Positions 10,169 to 20,925 of a stretch of DNA of 64,000 nucleotides are shown here, one piece after another (the stretch's first letter is position 1; every line of letters starts with the position of its first letter). The DNA lies in the NCBI GenBank assembly GCA_963790545.1, contig CAWBPA010000012.1, forward strand, positions 6,461 to 70,460, given 5' to 3'. The translations under genes were made by a program, and so were the position numbers. Source of the stretch: Vicinamibacterales bacterium. GTDB taxonomy: Bacteria > Acidobacteriota > Vicinamibacteria > Vicinamibacterales > JAMQPK01. The notes beneath the pieces are model-generated. The model did not search any database, was not told where the DNA came from, and saw only the letters and a list, made by a program, of their open reading frames with translations.

Positions 10169-11449
10169 CTACTCTGCTGTCCTCCTGTGAAAGCCGCCGC
10201 GTCCGCGGCGCCGTCGGCGTCGTCGCCGTGGGACTCCGCCTTCCTCTGGTTCCCGCACTCCGGCAGCGTGATGGCTTGCCGATTCGGTCACGAAGGCACG
10301 CCAGGAGTCGACGGCTGCGGGAACATCGCCATGAATCGCCAGCCAGGTCAGCGCATCTGAAAACGCACTCCGATGGATGAGACCTCGCCGGACTCGAGAT
10401 GGGGCATTGACGTCGGCGACAAGTCGGCGCTGCATCTGCAGGATGTGCCGAAGCCGTTCCACGTCGCGCTTGGCGAGGGGCAGATTGCCAAGACCCACTG
10501 AGGCGCCCTCTCTCCAGTGCGCCTGGAACCCGAGAGGGACGAGGAGTGAGCCGAGCAGGATGGCGTTGGTCAAGGTTTCGGGGGAGGACGTCTGTTGCCT
10601 GTAAGCATCCAGTTCCGTGAGCGATTGCCACAGGCCGTCGGAGGGTCGAAACTGCAGTTCGGGTGCAACCGACTCCAGCAGGCCCATCTCCCGCAGCCCC
10701 CTGAATGCTCGGGTTGACACACCAGCACGCAGGATTTTGTAGAACTCCTCAACCAGGCGGGGCGGCGAGCTCCGCACGAGTTCGAGGCGCCTTCGTTCGA
10801 TCGCCTCGAGAACTGGTGGATCGATTCGAAAATCCAGGCGCGCCTCGAGTGCAACCGCGCGCAACATGCGCACGGGGTCCTCGACGAACCGCTCGTCGGG
10901 GTCACCGATGCACCGAATGAGCCGGGCCCGCAGGTCGGCCAGTCCGCCGGTATAGTCGATGATGGCAAACGTGGCGATATCGTAAAAGAGGGCATTCAGC
11001 GTGAAATCACGCCGGAAGGCATCTTCCTCGGGCGTCCCGAACGTGTTGTCGTGGTGGACGACGCGGACGCCGGTCGAAATCGTCGTCGTGCCAGCGGTTT
11101 CCGCGGCGTGGGGGCCTGCCGGCGGTGGGTCCTCTCCAATCGGGACTTTGCGTCGGAAGGTGGCAACCTCGATTGTTTTCGTTCCGAACTTCACGTGCGC
11201 GAGCCGAAAGCGCCGTCCAATGATCCAGCACTGTCGAAACAGCCGTTTGACTTCGTACGGATGGGCCGATGTGCCAAGGTCGAAGTCCTTGGGTTGCCGT
11301 TCCAGCAGGAGATCGCGGACGCTGCCGCCGACGAGGTAGGCCTTGTGATGATGCTGGTGCAGCCGGTAAAGCACCTTCAGAGCATCTGGATCGATCTGAC
11401 GGCGCGAGATTGGATGCTCTGCGCGCGGGATCAGGACAGGATCGACCAC
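10169..11449 (-). CDS. pcnB: Poly(A) polymerase I
   Basis: VGGSVRD, PKDFD, RRDFTLNAL, EDPVRMLRA; PAP signature IIGRRFRLAHV; Arg-rich tail. Confidence 0.9.
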   Translation of the reverse strand: MVDPVLIPRAEHPISRRQIDPDALKVLYRLHQHHHKAYLVGGSVRDLLLERQPKDFDLGTSAHPYEVKRLFRQCWIIGRRFRLAHVKFGTKTIEVATFRRKVPIGEDPPPAGPHAAETAGTTTISTGVRVVHHDNTFGTPEEDAFRRDFTLNALFYDIATFAIIDYTGGLADLRARLIRCIGDPDERFVEDPVRMLRAVALEARLDFRIDPPVLEAIERRRLELVRSSPPRLVEEFYKILRAGVSTRAFRGLREMGLLESVAPELQFRPSDGLWQSLTELDAYRQQTSSPETLTNAILLGSLLVPLGFQAHWREGASVGLGNLPLAKRDVERLRHILQMQRRLVADVNAPSRVRRGLIHRSAFSDALTWLAIHGDVPAAVDSWRAFVTESASHHAAGVREPEEGGVPRRRRRRRRGRGGFHRRTAE

Positions 11450-11529
11450 GGCTGGGATTGTACCAAATCGCGCCGATTCAGCGGCCGGACGGCGGTGCTA
11501 GAATCGGTGGTCGCCTTGAGATCTGACAC

Positions 11530-12360
11530 GTGACGATGGATCACCTCCGACGCCTCCTCTTCCTTTCGTCGTTAGTGACGATGCCGGGCGTGCTGGCCGA
11601 GCCCGCCTTTGCCGATGTGCGTGCGCTGGCCCGGGCACGGCAGGCCTATAACGATGGTAACCACACGGCAGCTATTGTCGCGGCGCTCGAGGCACGCACA
11701 GACGCGCGTGTCGCCGACGCGGCCAATATCGTCATGGCTCGCGCGTATCTCGAGCGCTTCCGCAATGTCGCCAATCGTGAAGACCTTGATTCCGCGCGTG
11801 AGGCGTTGCAGTCGGTTCAGCCGATACGGCTGGCCCCGCGCGACCGTCTCGATCTGGCGGTTGGGCTGGCCGAGACCTTGTACCTCGAAGGCGCGTATGG
11901 CGCCGCCGCGGAAATGTTCGAGCCACTTCTTCGCGCGACAACCGATCTCGGGCCGCGCACGCGTGAGCGCGTGCTCGACTGGTGGGCGAGCGCGGTTGAC
12001 GCCGAAGCGCGCACGCGTCCCAACGCCGATCGCGCACCGTACTACCGGCGCATCGTCGAGGAAATGCAGCTGGAGCTGAAACAGGATACCGGGCTCGGGG
12101 TTGCGTCGTATTGGCTTGCGGCAGCTTCGCTTGGCATGGGTGACGTGCAGCGCGCGTGGCAGGCGGCCATTGCGGGCTGGGTTCGCGCGTCGTTTGCTGC
12201 CGATGGCGCGACCGCGATACGCCAGGATCTCGACAGGCTCGTCATCGATGCCATCATTCCCGATCGGGTGAAGTTGCTGTCGTTGCCTGCGCGGGAAGTG
12301 GCGGATGCCACGATCGGTCTCAGAAGCGAGTGGGATGTCGTGAAGCAGCGGTGGAAGTAA
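11530..12360 (+). CDS. Hypothetical secreted all-helical (TPR-like) protein
   Basis: Signal peptide ending AFA; Ala-rich helical repeats; fills the gap between pcnB and polA. Confidence 0.7.
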   Translation: MTMDHLRRLLFLSSLVTMPGVLAEPAFADVRALARARQAYNDGNHTAAIVAALEARTDARVADAANIVMARAYLERFRNVANREDLDSAREALQSVQPIRLAPRDRLDLAVGLAETLYLEGAYGAAAEMFEPLLRATTDLGPRTRERVLDWWASAVDAEARTRPNADRAPYYRRIVEEMQLELKQDTGLGVASYWLAAASLGMGDVQRAWQAAIAGWVRASFAADGATAIRQDLDRLVIDAIIPDRVKLLSLPAREVADATIGLRSEWDVVKQRWK

Positions 12361-12363
12361 CGC

Positions 12364-15073
12364 TCAGTCTTTCGCGTCTCTCCAGTTTTCCGCGATCCCT
12401 ACGTCAACCGTCAACGGCAACGCCAGGTCCGCCGCGTGCTCCATCGCGTCGCGTACAAGCGCCACAACCTCGTCAGCAACCGCTTTTGGCGCTTCGAACA
12501 GCAACTCGTCGTGAACCGTGAGAATCATGCGCGGCCGCGCAGCAGGGGTCCCCGGCCACCGCTTCAGTCTGGCGTGCACGGCAATCATCGCGCGCTTGAG
12601 GATGTCGGCGGCCGTGCCCTGAATGGGGAGATTGACGGCCTCACGCTCAGCCGCCAATCGAACTTGAGGGTTCCGGTTCAGGAGGTCCGGCACCAATCGA
12701 CGTCTCCCGAACATCGTTTTCACGATGCCCGTCCGTCGTCCACCCTCGAGTGTCTCGTCGATGAAGGCCCGCACCCGCGGGAAGCCCGCGAAGTAGGCGT
12801 CGATAAAGTGCTGGGCGGCTTCCTGCGTGACGCCGATATCGCGGGCGAGTGTAAACGCGGTCTTGCCGTAGAGCAGCGCGTAGTTGACGATCTTGGCCCG
12901 CCGCCGCAGTTCGTGCTTGTCCAACCCGCTGTCTGTGCCAAATACCTGTTTGGCCGTCCTGTCGTGAATGTCCTCGCTTCGCTGGAATGCACCAATCAGA
13001 ATCTCGTCACCGGCCAGGTGCGCGAGCACGCGCAGCTCGATTTGCGAGTAGTCGGCCGAGATAAGGACGTTTCCGGGGTCGGCGATGAACGCAGCCCGGA
13101 TCTGACGGCCGAGCTCCGTGCGGATTGGAATGTTCTGCAGGTTCGGGTCGCTGCTGCTCAGGCGGCCGGTCGCGGCCACGGCCTGGTTGAACGACGTGTG
13201 CAGGCGACCGGTGTCCGGGCTGATCAGCTGCGGCAGCGCATCGAGATACGTGCCTTTCAGCTTCGACAAGGCCCGCCATTCGAGAATCAGTCTCGGCAGA
13301 TCGTGCGTGAGCGACAGGTCCTCGAGCACGTCCGCCGCGGTCGAGACGCTGCGGGCCTTGCCTCGAATTCGCGGCGGCGAGAGTTTGAGCTTCTCGAACA
13401 GGACTTCAGAGAGCTGTTTCGGTGAGTTGACGTTGAATTCCTGACCGGCAAGCTGAAAGATCCTTGCACCAAGTGATGACAGCTCGCGCTCGATGTGCCG
13501 CGACTGCGTCGCAAGCAGCGCGACATCGAGGCGCACGCCTTCACGTTCGAGATCGACCAGAACCGGCACGAGCGGCATTTCCATCTCGCAGAACAAGCCG
13601 ATTGAGCTCGTTGGCTTCGAGCAGGGGCGCCAGGTGCACCGCGAGTTGCCACGGCAGGTCCGCTCGTTCTCCCGCGTACTCGACCAGGCTCTCCGCCGGA
13701 ATTTCCGCGAGTGGCCGGGCCTTGGTTCCTTTTCCTTGAAGCGCCTCGCCCGTGATGGCCTTATAGGTCAAGAATTCGAGTGCGGCGTCCTCGACCGGAT
13801 GTCCCGAACGCGTCGCGTCCAGCAGATAGCTGGCCAGCATCGTGTCGAATTCACAGCCCGTGAGTGTGACGCCCAGCCGCGCCAGCATGAGCGCGTCGAA
13901 CTTGAAATCGTGGGCAATTTTGCCGATTGCGGGATTCTCGAACAGCGGTTTGAGCAGCGCAATCGTGTCCCGGAGGCTGAGATTCTGAACCGGTCCCAAC
14001 CCGCTGTGGGCGAGTGGCACGTATCTCGCCCGTCGCGCTTCCGTCGCAAACGCCAGACCGACGAGCTTCGCATTGATGCCGAACTCACCATCCGCAAGGA
14101 CCCGAAAAGCGAACCTGCCCGTGCGCTGGAGCTCTGCGACGAGCTCAGACAGCGACTCGGTGGAATCGACGAGCGTGTAGTCCTTTGCGGTTGTTGCCGC
14201 GGTTGGGGCGTACTCCGCAACGAGGGTTCGAAAGCCGAGCTGTGAAAAGAGCTCGAAACATGCGGCCTGATTCGGACCAGAGTAGCGGAATGAATCGATT
14301 TCGAAGGCAACCGGGACGTTGGTTCTGATGCGCAGCAGCTCGCGGCTTTGTCGGGCTTCCTCACCGTGGACGGCAAGGCCCTCGCGGTATTTCTTCTGAG
14401 AAAGGGAGGGCGCCGCGTCGAGCAGGCGCTCGAGCGAGCCGTGGGTGGCGATCAGATCTTTGGCCCCCTTCTCGCCAATGCCAGGCACCCCCTTCACGTT
14501 GTCAATTGCGTCGCCCATCAGGGACAACACATCGACGACCTGGCTCGGGGTCACACCGAATTTCTCTTTGACGCCCGCCTCGTCGTACCACGTTCCTTCA
14601 TCCCTTGGGTTCAACACACGAATGCGGTCGTCGACAAGCTGGAAGAAGTCCTTGTCACCGGTGACGATGGCCACCCTGTAGCCGTCGGTCACAGCCTTGA
14701 CGGCGATGGTGCCGATAACGTCGTCGGCTTCAAATCCGGCGTACGTCAACACGGGCACGCCGAGGGCTTCGCACGCCCGACGCACGTGGGGTACCTGCTC
14801 GGCCAGGTCCGGCGGCATCGGTGCGCGGTTGGCCTTGTAATCAGCGGAGAGTTCCGATCGGAACGTCGGCCCGGCGAGATCGAACGCCGCGGCAATCAAT
14901 GCCGGCTGCTGATCGTTGATCAGCTTGCGCAGCATGGTCACGAAGCCGTATATCGCGTTGGTCGAGCGGCCGTCTGGACCCGTCAGCCCCCGAATGGCGT
15001 GGTAGGCCCGATACATCTGCGAGCTGCCGTCGATGAGGAAGAGTGTCTGTCTGGACACCGTGCGATGGTCCAA
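12364..15073 (-). CDS. polA: DNA polymerase I, split by a +1 frameshift near 13597
   Basis: 5'-3' exonuclease LIDGSS..RAYHA; polymerase motifs TGRLSSSDPNLQNIP, ADYSQIELR, VHDEL; frames join as NR-LFCEMEMPL. Confidence 0.95.
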
Positions 15074-15098
15074 ACAATCAGTATATCATCTGAGATTA

Positions 15099-15920
15099 AT
15101 GACCACTCTGGCTTGTGACCGCGCCAACGAACAGTACGCGGATCGAAATAAGAATCGATGCGGACTGTGGCGATCGACGGCGGGCGTTTGTGCCGCCGCG
15201 TGGCTTTTCATTCTTGCGGGCTGTTCGACCGTGGCGATCCCGGGCTTCACGCAATACGAGTACGACGAGACGCTCGAGTTGTCGCTTGACGGTTCAGCCA
15301 TCGTGTATGTCAATGGTTCCGTCGAGGCCCTCATGGCCCTGCACGGTCTGGATCTCAATCCAGACCCTCGAGTCCGATTCGATCGCTCGACAATTCGTGA
15401 GATCTACCGAGCGCCCGGCGTCGTTGTGCGCCGAGTGTCGTTGTCGCGCCGCAGTGCGCGGCGATTCGTCCATGTCACCCTGAGAGTCGATGACATCAGT
15501 CGCCTGAAGGCCGTTAAGCCACTGGCATGGTCAACCTATCAGCTGACCAGAACTGGTGATGAGTACCGCTACGAGCAATACGTCAACGAGTCCGCGCGAC
15601 GTCACGTTCCAGTCGTGGGTTGGACCGGCCGCGAGCTCGTCGCGTTCCGCGTTCACCTTCCCAGTCGAGTGACGTTCCACAACGCCGGCGAACGCAACTT
15701 GAGACGCGGAAATGTACTCCTGTGGGAAGGGTCGTTGGCCGACCGTCTGGCTGCCAATCCAGCTCGGTTCGAGGCGCGGATGGAAGCCCAGTCGATTCTG
15801 TACAGGACGCTGTGGATCTTTGTGCTGACGTTCCTTTCGGCGGTGACGACGCTGGCGTTCATCGTCTGGCTCGTCATGCGGCAGGGGCGAAAGACCGCAC
15901 CCCTGGCCGAGGGCGCGTAG
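15099..15920 (+). CDS. Hypothetical lipoprotein with C-terminal TM helix (start uncertain)
   Basis: Lipobox ILAGC; C-terminal hydrophobic helix followed by basic residues. Confidence 0.65.
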   Translation: MTTLACDRANEQYADRNKNRCGLWRSTAGVCAAAWLFILAGCSTVAIPGFTQYEYDETLELSLDGSAIVYVNGSVEALMALHGLDLNPDPRVRFDRSTIREIYRAPGVVVRRVSLSRRSARRFVHVTLRVDDISRLKAVKPLAWSTYQLTRTGDEYRYEQYVNESARRHVPVVGWTGRELVAFRVHLPSRVTFHNAGERNLRRGNVLLWEGSLADRLAANPARFEARMEAQSILYRTLWIFVLTFLSAVTTLAFIVWLVMRQGRKTAPLAEGA

Positions 15921-15975
15921 CACGTGTGACAGGCTGCTGAAAAGCCAGCAACCTGAACTTCGAGGTGAAAACCCC

Positions 15976-16572
15976 ATGAATGGCCGCTTGCAGGGTCCCA
16001 AGCCCGCCGTGTTGCGCTGCTCTCGCTGTGGAAAGTTCGTGGACTGGGAAGGCGCGCGAGTGCAGATCATCTGCGAGTGCCGTCCCCGTCTCGAACTCCC
16101 ACCGGTTTTCGTCCGGGAGGTCACGGCGGGAGAGCAAGAGGCTGTCATGGAACTCTTCCAGCGCGATTTCGGAGACACGCGTATCGTGGCGTTCGGCGAG
16201 ATCACGAATCTCGAAGGAGTCCCGTCGCTCGTCGCCGAGATGAACGGCGAACTGGCTGGCGCACTGGCGTACCAAACACGTGATTCTGCGGTGCAGATTG
16301 TCGCGCTTGCCACCGATCCAGCGTGGCAGCGGTCGGGTGTGGGGGGCTATCTGCTGGCGGAGGCCGAACTGCTGGCTCGGCGGCTCCACCTGACCCGTCT
16401 GACCGTCTCTACGACCAACGACAACTTGCCCGCGCTGTACTTCTATCAGCGGCGCGGATATCGCCTTTCCGAAGCCGTGCCCAACGGCGTAACGAAGTAC
16501 CTGCCTTCGCACACCGGATTTGCGGGCATCCCCGTGCGTGACGAAATCCGTTTGGAAAAACTGCTGGCGTGA
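15976..16572 (+). CDS. GNAT acetyltransferase with N-terminal Cys-rich segment
   Basis: Acetyl-CoA motif QRSGVG, TTNDNLPALYFYQRRGY; N-terminal CSRC...CEC; GAGGTG RBS. Confidence 0.85.
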   Translation: MNGRLQGPKPAVLRCSRCGKFVDWEGARVQIICECRPRLELPPVFVREVTAGEQEAVMELFQRDFGDTRIVAFGEITNLEGVPSLVAEMNGELAGALAYQTRDSAVQIVALATDPAWQRSGVGGYLLAEAELLARRLHLTRLTVSTTNDNLPALYFYQRRGYRLSEAVPNGVTKYLPSHTGFAGIPVRDEIRLEKLLA

Positions 16573-16631
16573 CAGGAGGGGGTCGAGACTCCCGAATTCC
16601 GAACCCCAACGGGAGCGATCCCGACCCCTTT

Positions 16632-17423
16632 CTACTTAGGACCCATCCGCATCGCTCCATCGAGCCGGATCACGCTGCCGTTCAACATCTCGTTCTCGAT
16701 GATGTGCTTGACGAGTGCCGCGTATTCGGCGGGGCGGCCGAGACGGGAGGGGAACGGAACCTGCTCGCCGAGCGATTGCCGCGCGGGCTCGGGGAGTGCG
16801 GCCAGCATCGGCGTATCAAAGATGCCCGGTGCGATGGAGACCACGCGAATCCCGTAGCGCGCGAGCTCCCGGGCAATCGGCAAGGTCATGGAGGCAACTC
16901 CACCCTTTGACGCGGAGTAGGCCGCTTGGCCGATCTGCCCCTCGAAGGCTGCGACTGACGCGGTGCACACGATCACGCCGCGCTCCCCGGACTCGGTTGG
17001 GGACGCCGCAGACAGCATGCTGGCTGCGAGACGAATGACGTTGAACGTGCCGATGAGATTGATTTGAATCACGCGGCTGAAGGCGTCGAGCGCATGCGGT
17101 CCCTCCCGCCCGACGACTTTTTCGGCATGGATGACCCCAGCGGCGTTGACGACCCCGCCAAACCCGGCGGAGCCCTCCATCTTTCCCGCGAGTTGCAATG
17201 CCGCTCGCACGTCGTCTTCCTTTGAAACGTCTGTCGGGACAAATTGCGTGTGCGGGCCAAGATCTGCAGCAAGCGTCTCGCCGGCAGGGCGGTTGACGTC
17301 GGCGATGACGACTCGGCCGCCATGCGCGGCCAGCATCTCAACCGTCGCCCGGCCCAGGCCCGAGGCGCCGCCAGTCACCACGAAGCTGCGACCATCGATG
17401 CGCATGAAGCGAGATTCTGACAT
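16632..17423 (-). CDS. SDR, 3-hydroxyacyl-CoA dehydrogenase type II (HSD10-like)
   Basis: [35 protein letters not shown]. Confidence 0.92.
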   Translation of the reverse strand: MSESRFMRIDGRSFVVTGGASGLGRATVEMLAAHGGRVVIADVNRPAGETLAADLGPHTQFVPTDVSKEDDVRAALQLAGKMEGSAGFGGVVNAAGVIHAEKVVGREGPHALDAFSRVIQINLIGTFNVIRLAASMLSAASPTESGERGVIVCTASVAAFEGQIGQAAYSASKGGVASMTLPIARELARYGIRVVSIAPGIFDTPMLAALPEPARQSLGEQVPFPSRLGRPAEYAALVKHIIENEMLNGSVIRLDGAMRMGPK

Positions 17424-17510
17424 GACGACGACTGCATGAGCAGAAAATCAGTGTGATACCATTCGGCAGAATCTTGAACGCAGTGGACGCTGTGTTGATC
17501 TCTTAACTTC

Positions 17511-18524
17511 ATGACGCTGCTGCCGCGGGAGACGTTGTTCGAGGCCTTTCTGAACCAGCACGATCGTGCTGCCTGGGCGAATGCGCTCACCTCCATTCGA
17601 GGTGACATTCACGAGGTGGACCGCGACGCGACATGGATCTGGTTTCAGTTCTTCCCCTTGGAGCTGACGCGGGCGTTCGAGCTATCGACTGACGCGGGGC
17701 AGCTCACGCGCCAGCTGCTCATTCAGGGCCGTCACCATCTGAAGGATCAGATCGATGATTCACACAGATTTCTGTGGGGGCACCGATACTGGGCGCACGT
17801 GAAAACGGCGATCCTTCGACAGGCGACCACTCCAACTGCGCCAGTAAGTCTCGATCTGGCCACGGTAATCCGGACGGTGAGCCGGGATGTGGCCGCCGCG
17901 GCGAGCGCCCCCGATTCGCTGGTGCTCGGCATTTCTGCAGTCGGCCTCATGACGCTCCAACAGGTGGGTCTCGAAGCGTTCAAGGTCACGTCGGGTCAGG
18001 TCGAGATTCCCAGGCATCTGGCGCAGGGTTCGCCAGACGAAATTGTCCGACAACGCGCCCGCGATGATGGGCAGGGACTTCTTGGCTTTCTGCGGGGCAT
18101 TCGGTCCGAGTACACGGTCAACTTTGACGAGACGGACCCTTCGGCACGCTTTCGCCTGGTCAATTCACAACATCTCGCCACGGCCGCTGCGGCCGACACT
18201 CGAGACCATCGATCGCGTGACCCGCGATGCCACGAAGGCCCGATTCCCGTTCAATGTCGAACGGCCTCATGCGGCACCTGCTGGGTGGGTGTGCTCGGCG
18301 GGGCCCAGAAGCTATCGGACGTCGATGCGCTCGAAAAGCGACGAATCCGGGAGTTCGGCTATATCGACACGGACGAGTCGAAGCCGCTCATACGCCTGGC
18401 CTGTATGGCCCAGGCATCCGGGAACGTGACCATTGTGATCCCTCCGTGGAACGGCGTGTTCGGCAAGTTCCTGCGGACGGCCGACCAGGGACGGAGTCCC
18501 CAGGCTCGGCCGACGGCCCGGTAA
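17511..18524 (+). CDS. Protein with unknown N-terminal domain and C-terminal 2Fe-2S ferredoxin domain
   Basis: CRTASCGTC...RLAC ligand pattern. Confidence 0.8.
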   Translation: MTLLPRETLFEAFLNQHDRAAWANALTSIRGDIHEVDRDATWIWFQFFPLELTRAFELSTDAGQLTRQLLIQGRHHLKDQIDDSHRFLWGHRYWAHVKTAILRQATTPTAPVSLDLATVIRTVSRDVAAAASAPDSLVLGISAVGLMTLQQVGLEAFKVTSGQVEIPRHLAQGSPDEIVRQRARDDGQGLLGFLRGIRSEYTVNFDETDPSARFRLVNSQHLATAAAADTRDHRSRDPRCHEGPIPVQCRTASCGTCWVGVLGGAQKLSDVDALEKRRIREFGYIDTDESKPLIRLACMAQASGNVTIVIPPWNGVFGKFLRTADQGRSPQARPTAR

Positions 18525-18556
18525 CCGCCCGGTCCGTACTTTCATCCAGCCATCCA

Positions 18557-19573
18557 GTGCGCAAACCGATCGTTCTGGTGACCGGCGCCAACGGTGAGAT
18601 CGGTCATGGTCTGATCAGCCGATTCGCGGCGGATCACAGCACCCATCCGGTCGTGACGCTCGATGTCAATCCGATGGAACGGGAACTCTCACGACTGGTT
18701 CACCGCGAGATTATCGGATCGATCCTGGATTCAGCCGTGCTGGAGCGGATTCTCGCTGAGTACGAAGTCGATCGAATTTTTCACCTGGCTGCATTGCTGT
18801 CGGCGCGCTCGGAGTTCACCCCTCTGACCGCGCATCACGTCAACGTCGAAGGAACGCTCAACCTTCTCGAATTTGCTCAACGCGAAGGCGAGTCGCATGG
18901 CCGAAGGGTCATGTTCGTGTACCCCTCGTCGATTGCCGCATACGGGCTTCCGGATTTGGAGGCGCGCGCGCGTCGGGTCAAAGAGCACGAATGGAACACT
19001 CCAATCACCATGTACGGCTGCAACAAGCTGTACTGCGAACAGCTCGGGCGATATTACGCCCGCCGTTACAAACAACTGAGTGCTGAAGGGCCTTCGGGCC
19101 GCGTGGACTTTCGCTCGGTGCGGTTCCCCGGGTTGATATCTGCCGTCACGATCCCATCGGGTGGCAGCTCCGACTACGCATCCGAAATGATTCACGCGGC
19201 AGCGCAAGGAGAGCCTTACAGCTGCTTTGTTCGGCCCGATACGCGAATTCCGTTCATGGCCATGCCAGATGCGATTGACGCCCTGGTCCGTCTTGCCGCC
19301 GCGCCCGCGTCGTCGCTCACCGGGACGGCATACAATGTGAGCGCGTTCAATCCATCAGCTCAGGAAATTCAGGACATCGTCATCGACGCGTTTCCCGGTG
19401 CGAGCATTACGTACAGCGTGGACGCGAAACGCCAGGAGATCGTCGATTCCTGGCCGGAGAGCGTTGACGATGCGGCGGCGAGGCGCGATTGGGGCTTCGC
19501 TCCACGGTATGATTTCGAGAGTGCGTTTGCCGAGTACTTGATACCAACAATCAGGAAGCGCTATGCGGAATGA
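18557..19573 (+). CDS. NAD-dependent epimerase/dehydratase (L-threonine 3-dehydrogenase-like extended SDR)
   Basis: GTG start at 18557; TGANGEIG, HLAALLSA, PSSIA, YGCNK, RFPGLIS, DSWP. Confidence 0.85.
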   Translation: MRKPIVLVTGANGEIGHGLISRFAADHSTHPVVTLDVNPMERELSRLVHREIIGSILDSAVLERILAEYEVDRIFHLAALLSARSEFTPLTAHHVNVEGTLNLLEFAQREGESHGRRVMFVYPSSIAAYGLPDLEARARRVKEHEWNTPITMYGCNKLYCEQLGRYYARRYKQLSAEGPSGRVDFRSVRFPGLISAVTIPSGGSSDYASEMIHAAAQGEPYSCFVRPDTRIPFMAMPDAIDALVRLAAAPASSLTGTAYNVSAFNPSAQEIQDIVIDAFPGASITYSVDAKRQEIVDSWPESVDDAAARRDWGFAPRYDFESAFAEYLIPTIRKRYAE

Positions 19574-20882
19574 CCAGGCCCGGCGGTCCACCAGATCTTC
19601 AGCTGTCGTGGTGGTGACGCTGGGGCTTCTGATCGTGAGACCCACCGCACAGAGTCGCCAGACATCCGCTATGGACACGATGGCCGAACGATACGTCAAG
19701 CTGGTGCTGGCGCTCGGGCAGCATGACGCCGACTACGTGGATGCGTACTATGGCCCGCCGGAATGGAAGGCGGACGTCGAGCGTCGAAAGCCTGCTCTGA
19801 CAGCGATCGACAAAGATGCCGAACAACTGCTCGGCGAGCTCGCACAGTTGAACCCGACCGGCGATGAGCTGGCTCGGCTGCGTCATCAGTATGTCCGCCG
19901 GCAACTCGAGGCGCTGCGTGCGCGTGTGCGCATGCTCAGCGGTGCAAAGTTGAGCTTCGATGAGGAGTCGCGGGCGCTCTACGATGCCGTTGCGCCCACG
20001 CACCCGGAATCCTACTTCCAAGCGATCGTGAACGAGCTCGAGCCGCTCCTGCCGGGGAGTGGGACTCTCATCGAGCGATACGATGCGTTTCGCAAGGACT
20101 TCATCATCGCGCCCGGGCGCCTCGATGCGGTGTTCGACAAAGCCATCGCGGAGTGCCGGACGCGGACGATCAAGCACGTGACGCTTCCAGCCGACCGAGA
20201 GCTTTACGGTCGAGTACGTCACCAACAAGTCGTGGAGTGGGTACAACTGGTATCAAGGGAACTTCCGCAGCCTCATCCAGGTGAATACCGACCTGCCCAT
20301 TTACATCGACCGGGCGGTCGACCTTGCCTGTCACGAAGGGTATCCCGGCCATCACGTCTACAATGTGCTGCTCGAAAAGCATCTCGTGCGAGACCGTGGA
20401 TGGCAGGAGTACACGGTCTATCCGTTGTTCTCCCCTCAGTCGCTCATTGCCGAAGGCACGGCCAACTACGGTATCGACGTCGCATTTCCGGGCAGCGATC
20501 GACTGGAATTTGAGCGAACGGTGCTTTTTCCTCTGGCGGGGCTGAACCAGGCGCGAGCGGCCGACTACTACAAGGTTCAGACACTCGTCGAGCGCCTTGC
20601 CTACGCCGGTAATGAAGCGGCACGCCGGTATCTCAACGGTGAGATCGATCGCGGCAGCCGCCGCTGCCTGGCTGGTACGGTACGCCATGATGTCCGGCGC
20701 CCAGGGCTGAGCAACGCGTGCGATTCATGGATCAGTATCGGAGTTACGTCATCAATTACAACCTCGGTAAAGACCTGGTGAAGCAGCACGTCGAGGCGTC
20801 GGCCGGAACCGGCGACCGCTGGCAAGAGTTCGTGAAACTGCTCTCGTCGCCTCGTCTGCCGTCGGGACTCAGGGGGAAATGA
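19563..20882 (+). CDS. Secreted DUF885-like metalloprotein, broken by three +1 insertions (about 20195, 20652, 20702)
   Basis: Rejoined frames read ...ADESFTVEYVTNKSWSGYNWY...ACHEGYPGHH...EGTANY...YRSYVINYNLGKDLV...SPRLPSGL; C-terminus is in the same frame as the N-terminus. Confidence 0.7.
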
Positions 20883-20925
20883 AAACTTAGAACTTGTTTT
20901 GAGTTTTCAGTGTGAAGTTCATCCC

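Noticed and set aside
12364-15073. Naturally split polA or programmed frameshift
   Set aside because: No slippery sequence; one extra base restores the protein, as in several other genes, so a sequencing error is more likely
18227-18556. N-terminal extension of the epimerase overlapping the ferredoxin gene
   Set aside because: The Rossmann motif begins just after GTG 18557; the extension is an alternative frame of the upstream gene
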